Part shown: piece by piece, positions 54,101 through 64,000 of the stretch
How positions within the stretch are numbered: position 1 is the first letter of the stretch
Layout of the letters: each line of letters starts with the position of its first letter
Assembly: GCA_024704765.1 (NCBI GenBank)
Contig: JAKMXF010000315.1
Coordinates: 330,801 to 394,800, forward strand
Length of the DNA: 64,000 nt
Source of the DNA: Oopsacas minuta
Taxonomy: Eukaryota; Animalia; Porifera
Direction of reading: 5' to 3'
The notes under the pieces: model-generated
What the model was told of the DNA's origin: nothing
The model's input: only the letters and a program-made list of their open reading frames with translations
The model's database searches: none
Translations under genes and position numbers: made by a program

Positions 54101-56963
54101 ATGTAGGTGACAAGGAAAAATATGTAGATGCAGCCATGACAATATTGGCCTACTATAGCACAGTAAGCCAGGAGAGCAAAATTTCAGAGTCAGGGTTAAT
54201 TGACATTCATGGTAAAGAACTGTAAGTGTAAGAAATATTTCATGACACAATAATAAATCAAGAACATTTATACATATACACCTGTACTAGTGTTAATAGG
54301 GCATAAAGAAAGTATAATGTACTGACTAGATATAAACATTTTGTAATATACAATACAATTCCGTTTACTGGATATAAATAGGTTTAATATATTCAAAGTT
54401 CCTCAACGATCAAATAGTTGTGAAGAACGAAGAAAATACTACTAAAGAATATAACTGATAAGTTTATACATCAACCATCTAAAATATCCATTAATTAGCG
54501 ATATTTAGGGAGGAATAGGTTGTGGCCCAAACAGGGTAAACTTCAAAGGTGCCTGACTCTCACTTCATGATTGTAAATTAGGTAGCGGTAATTCTAAGGA
54601 GGATGGAGGGGTATTTCCAAAGGATGGCAATAACTGAGTTGTAACAGAGGATGGTAAAGTGTCTTGCTTCCCTAGATCCAACTGTTTCAATGTCTACCGA
54701 AAATATCATAAAATTAAACATCTATCCAAAATATTTCCAGGTAAGATTGAAGTCTATTGCTAAATTATCTCGAAAAAATGACTTTAAAAAAGTTGTAATT
54801 TTAGTGTGAACACTTACATACATGTTCTAGTAGACCGAAATAATAAAATGCCCTTCGGATCTGTATCATCGTGTACGTTCTAAAACTGCAACAATATCTC
54901 AACATATAAAACATATGTGAATGTCATACAAATTTTTGGGTCAAAATAATTTTGGAATTTCTGATAGATTTTGGTTGACTATATTCCTCAAATCGTTGCT
55001 GACTGATTATTAATTGGAATCCTGCAAACTGGAAGGTAGCAACATAGGGTCTGAACAATACATAATTCGATTTCCACATCATTCGAGTTATGCTATACTA
55101 GTGAAAAATTCTGAATTAAATTCCAAAATACTGAAGAGATAAAATATATTGTATAGAGTCCCCGATTTGTACTTAGAACTTTTCAAATTTCAAAAGATTT
55201 AACCAAAACATTTGAATTTTGAATCTGCCTGGTAAATTCGATAAGATTTGAAATATTAAGCAGCCAAAAAAATTGCCAAAAAAATCAATAGATTCGAGAA
55301 AAAAGATCAACCAAGAAATCACAAAATGCAATATTTTGCCAATATTATAGAAGCCCTAGGGGCAAAAAGCATTAAAGCTCTATTTATGCACAAACATCAC
55401 AGAATAGTTTGAAACGTGCAAATGTTGTAAGCATTTACGAAGTAATCGCATATTTATATGTCATTGGCTGGCAAAATATCATAGACAGTGAGAGGGGGAA
55501 TATTAGAAATAGGTAGCAAATATCTTGGGAAATATGAAAGATAAAGCTATGAAATGTATACAACATAATGTACGCATACGTAGTGAGCATTTATGCAATA
55601 ATTGGCACAGAAGTTTTTCAGCAACTATGTAATTGTACAATTTCCAAAAATATTTGTGATAAAGCCGCAAATATTCCCCAAGATATTTATTCGATACAAA
55701 ACTGTAAAACGTAAATATCACTTTCTGGGAAGAAGAAAATAAAATGGGCGATTTGCAAACAAGTAACCCCTTATAGCCCCCAGCGCCCCTATAGGATCCT
55801 ATGAGAAATCTTAAAATTAATGGCTATCAACTAGTGATGTAAACGTCATCTTAATGAACATATTTTGTGATGGAGAATTAACATAGCCAATTTTCATACT
55901 GGCAAACCATTTATAAACTTCAAAGTAACTATCATAACAGAAACTACAGATAAACTATTTGCTTGGTTCTACCTTATCTCAGTTAAAATATATCATATTT
56001 TTGATGACATCGCATAATCAAAATTTCTACAAGATATTTGATTATTTCTTGAATAACTCATCGAGATCAAGATTGCATCTTGGAATATCCAATAAACACT
56101 TAACAGTATCTTTAAATGGTCATCCATAGGCTTAGGGGTCTTGGGTATATTTAAAGTGCACAAAATGTATTCTGTATCTATGGGTTAGTGCATACAACTA
56201 GCCGATTGACAGCAAAGTATTTTTGGTATAGCTTCTATTTTTTTAGTTCCGATGACGAAATCAAAATTTGCGAATCATGTAAACCAGCGTAAAATATATC
56301 TAGGTTGGAGTTAGGGGTATATAATCCATTATTTCCTTATGGGTTAATTACTATTTAAAGTAGATTGACCCGATTGATTATTCTAAGTAGCTTAAACTCT
56401 TCGTGTTATGATGACGTAAGCAAAATTATAAAAGTTAAATTCCGGAAACATGTGTCATTTCAGTTATTTCGATAAAATGCCTACACTAATATTAAGGACC
56501 ATTGAATATAGTGTTTAGATGATAAATTTAACGTTCTTTTTGATGTCTTATTACGGCAATAGCAATTATTCTAAAAACGAAAAACATTGAAAATTTGAAA
56601 TTTCAACAAAACTTGGACGTTTTGCGTGTTCTTAATAACCGGCTGTTAATTATTCGCTAAATTTAAATATAACTATTGTAGCCTTATTGTGATCCAAGTG
56701 TTTCGCCCTGGTAGGGATTCCTCAGTTGCGTCGCCCTTTCGGAATACTCTTCAGATGGATCAGAGTTACTTAACGTTTTCGCCACTGGGGATATACGATT
56801 GCGGCCGCGTTTCCATTATCTGGGATCGCCATGATTGGGATTGCGTTGCCTGAATAGCTTTGGACAGAGGTCCCCACAAGGTTCGATGTATCTTGCCTTT
56901 GAGCGCTTTCAACAACTATTTGTATGGAAGTTGAAGAATGAAGGCAAGACGCTACTCAAATAT

Positions 56964-59073
56964 TTACGAATTAAACAGTATGTCTTGACCGTTAGTCTGG
57001 TGAAGCAAATGTGTACATTTCTGCGAGCAGGTGTGCCCGATTCCTCCACACTCCTTACACTTAAGAAAATTGCGAAAACCTATCAAAACTGGATCGCTTT
57101 GACTAAGAGACGGACAAATATACCTCTGGAATTTATTGTGAATGGAATTTTACTCGCAAGATATTAACGATATCTTCGTTATATATTATTGCAAGCCTCC
57201 AATGCTTCTTGAGAGAAATTCTTCATCCTTATCCTCCATTACAATATCGCATTAGTCAGTGGAGTGAGCAAGGAGACGATGGAAAGATGGAGTAACATGT
57301 GCCCAAGGAAAGCTAGAGAGTATCGATTCGTAGGTGTGCTTACAAAGAGAATTCAGTTTGTCTGTATCCACTGCATGATTACAGTTGAAGATGCGCAATA
57401 GAACTGATAGATTACTATGCAAAATATTAATTGGCGCACTTATATCTTCTGAAATCAAAATGGAAACCAAAGAAATAAAGTTATTTTTATTGAGTAAACA
57501 CTGTCTTGCCATATTTCCAGTTGAAGTTGCTCCTCCATTACTGGATGCTTGGTCGATTCTCAACCCTGTTTTCTCGCATAAGAACTCCGGAGTAAATTTC
57601 ATTGAATCCTTTATCACTCTAGAGGTTGGCAACCATTTAAAAGTACCTGAACGCATGCGGTATATAAAAAGCAGAAACCAACGAAAGACACAAGTGTAGG
57701 TATGTAGTGGAGATGCTGGAATTATTTCAATCTCAGATATGGGTTCGTGTGTTAAACCACAACGATCTTTCGAAGGTAGTAATCAATTATTTTCTGTGTC
57801 CACAATTGAGAATATTTCCTTTGCTGAACTTATCGTCCTGTTGATAGGAAACCCTGATCGGAAATTTCAAAATCTTTCAATTCTGTAAAACTTGCAGTAC
57901 AAAGTTGTCACCTTGCAACACCTGCTCCACCCAGAATACCAGACATTTTCCCACCAAACTTTGTACGGAGAAGTTTAACTCTAACATTACCATATGGTAG
58001 CTCTAGTCCGTCCTTTTCAAAGGGTAGTCACTTCAAGATTGATCATAAGATCCATTAAGGATTTAGCATTATATTCGTTTTCCTTTTAAGCTACTAATGC
58101 TATTGGTCTAACAGAAAATGATAAATTAGGAATTTGGTTCGACCAAAGGGAATTTCCATCAGAATCAATCACTGATGACATCTTGAAGGCAAAGATAATG
58201 AAATTTAATATTGAATTGTGGATTCCCATCGAACTGGTTGTAAATCTTATGACAACTCGAACCATTCAATCCACCCGGGATGGTAAGCTCTAACGGACAT
58301 TATGGGCCATCGCGATATAGGTTAGATTCAAGTAATCATAAAGTTGTCTGTTGTAAGATAGATGTATATGAGATACCAATCCCTATTTTATCTTGATCAT
58401 TTTTCCGAATTCAATAATCTCAGATGATGCAATCATGGTGATACGATAATCAGCTACTTTGCTGTACTGGGGGAATATAATATTTTCTGTTTTACATAAT
58501 TTCCTCATGTTGGTGTACGTGCGTTTGCCAATCTCAAGAAAATCCAACACAAACACCTATTTGTCAATCTGCAATTCTTGACACTACAAGCAAATATCCC
58601 ATTGGCAAGAAGGTCTTTACATGAATTAGCTGTGCTTTGGTCGTTAGCTTCATTAGAGATTCGTTTGAGGGCATAGGTAGCTATTGTTAAGAATGAACAT
58701 TTTCATTTTTGCAATGGCAGCGATTACATCCAAAAGTGCTTTTAATTTACTTCTGGGAGCCTTCAGTGCCAATTCAGGCAGAGTTTTCCATGACTCCTTT
58801 GCAAGGTCAACAGCAAAAACCATTCGCTCTTCTCCAATAATACGTTTGTTTATGGGACTGGGGGTTGGGTATAATAAGATAGGAGTAATTGCCATGTAGA
58901 TAGGTTATTGCGCTTACGGAAAGCATCACGTCCAAACTTCAAATCGCTGAATCTTCTCCGAATTGAGGAGAATTCGCCATCTGAAATATCATATATCTGG
59001 ATGAAGGAATCGACTGCAGTTTTGATTGAAGGTTGAGAGTGGGAAGACAATCAAATGCTTCCTGGTTATTCAT
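56964..59073 (-). pseudogene. RAG1-like/Transib transposase (~700 codons) with C-terminal CCHC-type tail
   Basis: In order: GGL[N]GSSCHKIYNQ (D600-equivalent mutated), WSNQIPNLSFSVRPIALVA, F[G]GKMSGILGGAG..[*]QLC (D708-equivalent mutated), PASPLHTY, STGNMARQ (RAG1 MNGNFARK), FHRLLAH, SQEALEACN (E962-equivalent intact at 57197-57199), QSDP, then CKECGGIGHTCSQKC. Several stops and frameshifts. Confidence 0.88.
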
Positions 59074-59119
59074 TGAGAATTAAAATATGTGCTAGAGATT
59101 TAGTAATAAAAGTAGTATA

Positions 59120-59870
59120 CAGTGGAAGCCGCTTAATCGGGACAGCTCGGGAGTCAATGTTTGTCGCGATTAACCGATGTCCCGATTGAACGGATTATGA
59201 TTACTGAAATATTCAAAACGAGTTTTTCATTGTCACATGACCAGGTAAATCTTATTCTATACTACTAATCCTGATTTATCTAGGTCTAGCATAGATTTGG
59301 TTATAGTATGGATAGTTCCACTTCAAGGGGTCATAGAGTGCGTTACGATATATACTTAAAAAGTAAGAAAATAAAATTTAAGTAATAATACATGTGCTTA
59401 TTACTGCAACCCAGCAAAAGGTTTGGATATCCAATAGTCTGGTCATTATTGAGGGAATTATACACGAAGGAATAGCCAATGGAACCTGAGGCGAGTGAGC
59501 AATGTTAATATCTTAGTTTAGTAAATGGTAATCGCATCAGTGTTGTATTGGTATAGTTGTAGAGAATATTCAGATTCCTAGTTTTACAACAAACCATTTC
59601 ACAATGATTCTGAATAAGTATAGAATCGTTAAATTGGGATAGAAATCCCAATTAGGCGAATACAATTAATGTCCGGTTAAACGTGATAAGAAATCCTAAA
59701 TAACCGATTATGAACTTACAAATATTCGGGTAATCGGGGTAAAAATCCAGATTAACCGATTCGGAGTCCCAATTATCCGACGATTTTTCTATGTAAATCT
59801 GATCTCAAACCATTGTCCCGTTTAAACTGATATCCCGATTATCCGAGTCCTGATTAAGCGACCTCCACTG
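59120..59870. mobile_element. Non-autonomous pogo/Tigger-like MITE, copy 2, in the 5' non-coding arm of the RAG1-like element
   Basis: TA TSD and TIRs CAGTGGA(A/G)G(C/T)CGCTTAATC; collinear with 10009-10746 along its whole length. Confidence 0.9.
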
Positions 59871-60153
59871 TATTCTGAACTAATAATAGGTTAAAACTTT
59901 GAGCTGTCATCCTGATGAGTATTTTAGATAGCGAGAATTATATGCTTATGTATAAATATAAAATAGAGGTGAATAATGAACTCAATTATAGCCATCTACT
60001 AAGCATGAAATTTGATTACAAAGTAATAGAAATTTTCTCAAGAAAATTTTGCTTTCCAGGTTTCAGACTATACTGAATTTAATGGTAGCATTTCGAAAGC
60101 TCATGGGATGATGAAAGTTCGATGTAAGCCTATAGCGAAGCCACTGTGCCTAA

Positions 60154-60425
60154 CTAGTTGAACTCTTATTGATGCTCTCGCAAACAATGTATAGTCTTAG
60201 ATAAAGAAGCGTCGGAACAAAGCATACTAAAAACAGGTGTGCCACAAGGCAGGAATGTAGGGCCTTTTATTCATAATCTTTCTCAATGATTTACACATCC
60301 ATATGCATGAATCTACATCCAATGCAGTAGCAGATGACTCAACTATCTATGCTTCGTGCAACAATCTGTACGAATTGAAGACAGTGCTTCAATCGGACCT
60401 TGAGAAAGTATACTTATGGGCTCTA
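60154..60425 (+). pseudogene. Non-LTR retrotransposon (LINE) reverse transcriptase fragment
   Basis: RKQCIVLD...TGVPQG...FIIFLNDL...AVADDSTIY...LQSDLEKVYLWA across one frameshift. Confidence 0.8.
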
Positions 60426-60876
60426 ATACAGGCCCATAGGAAGTTGTTAAACTGTACTAAGGGCATGGAGCGTCAGAAATAGGGATCAAGGGGGGCTACA
60501 AGCCTCTGGCGACGATCCCATATTTTCAACAACACTAGTTGCTATTTTTTGTCAGGTAACTTCGAAAAAGTATTCGAATGACTCAGGGCAGTAGTCACAA
60601 AAAGAAAGTGGATAAAGTATAAACAATACAAAGAAGTCAGGTACAAGAAAGCTATGCAACCAGATCAAGCAGTGGCGTAAATCGGTTGGGATAAGTGGGG
60701 AAGATGCACAATTATATAATTACGAATCTATATTATTTAATCTCAATTATTGTTTGTTTGTTTGTCCGTTGTCAAGGAAAGGATCGACGATATGTACTTT
60801 GGAAATTAACGCATAACTATGTATTCATCCAGGTTATCAAGGAAGCAAATAGCATTAAATAAAACTTCAATAAATA

Positions 60877-62213
60877 CTACAGGTGATCAATAAGTTCTGA
60901 TAACTACGCCCAAAAGTATGTTGTACACAAACTATCAGTGTTAAACTTTTCGAAATACTCCCCAGTGTTATTTATACAGCGTTGAAGACACTCCAACCAT
61001 TGTACAAAATATTTTTACAGTCTTCCGATGGGTTCCGTTTTAGATACTGGAAAATCGCCGATCCCAGTTCTGGGCTGTTCTAAAATGACGACCGGAGAGG
61101 CGTTCCTTAAGCTTAGGGAGGAGATAGAAATAACAAGAAGCTAGATCTGGGCTGTAAGGTGGATGTCCAAGCTCAATCATCTCCATCCTAAGATTTTTCT
61201 TTGACTTGCTTGGTTTTGTGAGGACGGCCATGATTATGTAATAATATCAACCCTTTAGCACCAGTCCTTTTTCTCCTCTTCAACAAGCTTTTTTCCACTG
61301 CACCAAGACAATTACAAGTGTAGAATCTTCCAGTAACAGTTTGTCCCTTTGGAACTATCGCCTGGGCCCACTGGACCATGTGCATCAAAAAATAAGCAAT
61401 ACATGATCCTCGATGATCCGAAATCTGGACGCGGTACCATCGGAGGGTCCGAGGCTTTCCTATCCACACCTTATTTGATTGTTTGGAAATGATGTGTTAT
61501 GCTGAACCCATGCCTCATCACCTGTGACTATCACTAATAATCTTCACGGGTGGCATTCTTGTAGGTTTCAGGAGATTACGACAACATCTCACCCTTGTCT
61601 CTCTCTGGGCCTATGTGAGTAAATGTGGGCCTATGTGAGTAAATGTGGGCCCATCTGGCACAACCTACGTCAACTTGAGCTGTGATCTTAAAATGTGGTC
61701 TACACTTCCCATCGAGATACCAACACTATTAGAAAGTTCCCTAATAGTTATATGTGGGTCTAGGTCTATCAGTTTCTTGATAGCGCACGATTTAATGGGA
61801 GATGCAGCCGTAATTGATGCTCCAGGCGAGGGTCATCTTCGATAGACTTATTCCGAGCCTGAAACGCTGAGCCCATCTTCTGACTCCTGCATAAGACAGA
61901 GCATCTTTTGTACTAGGGACTTGAACCAAATCAAGATGCATCCCGTGTGCAGATTTTCGAGGAGAGTACGAATCAAGACGTAAGCTCTTTGCTCGATTTA
62001 GAATTCTTGCCAAGTGATGTCATAAAGGTATAGTATAAAAAGCACCTGTTGTAAAATTTCATATAACTTGTTGAGTTTTTAAGCGATTATGAAAAAATCA
62101 ATACTAGCTTGTAGACAGAGGATTAAGTATCTATATTCAAATATAAATATATTATAGTTGTGGTATAAATCCCCACAGCATCACGGTGATCAGAATTTAT
62201 TGAACGCCCGTAG
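60877..62213 (-). mobile_element. Mariner-type element, pseudogenised
   Basis: TIRs CTAC(A/G)GG(T/C)G(A/T)TCAATAA(G/A)TTCTGAT with TA TSD. Motifs VRRWAQRF, ILLHNHGRPH and HPPYSPDLASC. A 20-bp tandem duplication at 61606-61645 disrupts the ORF. Confidence 0.9.
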
Positions 62214-63495
62214 TATATTGAACATGTTGAATCCGATGTTCACAATTTTGGAATAATCATATGTAAATCTATTTACGGTTGATATGCCTAAATAGCAGTT
62301 AAATTAGCCTAATTTCAAATATATACAGGTTGACTCTAAACGACAAGACAGGGCTAACACTGTTTCTTATATGTAAATTTATTGTTATATTCATGAATAT
62401 ATAGCAAATAAATGGTTAAATCTGGAAAAATTTAGAGACTTGATCTCAAACAGACAAAATAGTGTAATCAAGAACGCTCAATCCGAATCTAGCAATTTCA
62501 ATCCACGATGAGTTTGCAAATGCTCAAGTGATGACGTCAGGATATTTGACATATTGTGAGTACCTGTGGTCAAATTTTAAACCATCTATCATTCAAAATG
62601 GCTGAACAGTGGATAATAGTGTGATTTTCGTCATAATTTCGTCATATTCGTGAATATTAATACTAGCGTGCTTAGCTTGCTAGGTCGTTGCAGGGCAGTA
62701 TAATGCTGCAGGCTATCATAAGTATTATACAGCCAAAGATTATAGTGTAATTAGCCGCTACGTGACAAAAATAAACAGGGCACTTCCGGCCTCAAATTCA
62801 CTGAAAAGTTCAAGTATAAATGATATTTCCCATGATCCATCCAAATTACATTCAAAGCCTTTCTGTGGTGGCACTGGGATGCTAAATCGCTTTTGGAAAG
62901 TAATCTCAAAACTTGGTACTTAGGGTAATAAGAATTTCAGAATTTTTTCGAAAATCCAAAAAGATGGTAATGACGTCACAATTTCGTCATAGGTGTGAAT
63001 TTTCGTCCAAGACTCGAAATTGTAGGAAACAGGGACAAAAACATCAGAAAAAGTAAATCCCATGGTGCAAGTTCGAAGGAAATTCAATGCGATTACTACC
63101 GAAACATCAGGGAGATCTGTTTCTAAATATGAACTGTAATGCTTTCATAGGATTACAAAGATTTGATTACTTAAGTATAGTGTTTTGGCAGTTAGTTTTT
63201 CTTAGACACCATTTATTCAAGAAATGCGCTGTATAATCATCACTGTTATCATTAATGTCACTGGCATTGGGCTTGTAGAGTAATGGTGGTATTGCATTGA
63301 TGTAAGAATATTATATCGAATTTGAACAGGAAGAGGGGTAACTTATTAGGGATGCAGAAGCATACAAAATATAAACTAATTCTTGATTCAAAAGATTTAA
63401 TGAGCTGTATTTGTATGGCGGTTTACATCTCTGTGATTAACGGAACATGTATGAAGTATTCAATATAACCCGAAATTGGAGAATGTGGAAGAAAA

Positions 63496-63867
63496 CAGGG
63501 TTGAGTTCAAGAATAAAGGTACAAGTACAAGTACATTCAAAAGTACATAAGTACAATTACAAGTACTTTCTGAAGCTTTCTGCTAGGCATGTAATCCATT
63601 TGAAGTATTTGGATAATAATTTGGGACTGAATAATAAGTACAAAGTGGATAGTTTGTTATGACTATAGAGGAGAAGCTGTATGGGGTTCAATCAGATTTA
63701 TTACTTGACTTGCGATATTAGGGAAAGAATGTGCTATTTACTCTTAATGACCCATATACGCAGATATAAGTGAAAAGCACTTGAAATTTCAAGAACTTGA
63801 AAAGTACTTTTGTACATCTACAAGTTGTCAAAAATTTTACATACAATTGTACTTGAACCCAAACATG
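63496..63867. mobile_element. Possible hAT-like MITE with AAGTAC repeats
   Basis: Inverted ends CAGGGTTGAGTTCAAG / CATGTTTGGGTTCAAG and inverted subterminal (A)AGTAC arrays. No TSD found. Confidence 0.4.
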
Positions 63868-63904
63868 GGGCATATAACAAAAATATTGTTGCATTGCTGG
63901 TATA

Positions 63905-64000
63905 CAGGGTGTCTCAAAAGTTTTTTCACCTTATTCATCAAGCCAGTAAATTGTATTTATTGTAAAGAATCATTAGACTATTTGCCAATGTATTCACCGT
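63905..64000. mobile_element. Start of another Tc1-like element (cut by window end)
   Basis: TA followed by CAGGGTGTCTCAAAAG, the same terminal type as 48062. Confidence 0.55.

Larger units (their letters stand above)
54076..60148 (-). mobile_element. Transib/RAG1-like transposon, copy 2, apparently with both ends
   Basis: Right end reads CACAGTGGCTTCGCTA on the minus strand (perfect heptamer at 60142-60148). Candidate left end CACCGTGGTTTTTG at 54076. 5-bp flanks CATAA / CCTAA (4/5). The left end is less certain than the right. Confidence 0.65.

Noticed and set aside
54030-60200. In-frame rejoining of LINE RT across the RAG1-like insertion (LLHN[W]LNSY[L]CSRKQ)
   Set aside because: Only a few codons come from the left flank and no upstream RT motifs were found there, so it was not used as evidence for the left end.
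1-64000. Uni-strand (flamenco-like) orientation bias of TEs
   Set aside because: Orientations are about evenly split between strands.
1-64000. CRISPR arrays, rRNA, tRNA, prokaryotic operons
   Set aside because: No regularly spaced repeat-spacer arrays or structural RNA signatures seen. Most short ORFs in the supplied track are antisense or alternate-frame shadows of transposases.

Overview
AT-rich eukaryotic genomic DNA (GT-AG-type splice acceptor and AATAAA seen; the host taxon cannot be determined from this window). The only recognisable host gene is the terminal exon of a USP5/USP13-type deubiquitinase (8568-9443). About two-thirds of the window is nested, mostly decayed class II DNA transposons whose ends and target-site duplications (TSDs) I traced by eye: hAT, a P-element/THAP9-like element, four Chapaev3 (CMC) elements, mariner, maT (DD37D), rosa (DD41D), Tc1 (DD34E, one intact ORF), TRT (DD37E), pogo-like and MULE-like MITEs, a ~1.7 kb modular foldback and one LINE RT scrap. 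The most notable signal is three divergent relics of a Transib/RAG1-like transposase family (1-2039, ~6120-7409, 54076-60148). Between them they show RAG1-core motifs, ends matching or close to the RSS heptamer CACAGTG, a candidate 5-bp TSD, and a C-terminal C-x2-C-x3-G-H-x4/5-C zinc motif like the CTT of invertebrate RAG1L. I could not find a RAG2-like partner. All family assignments are motif recognition without database searches.
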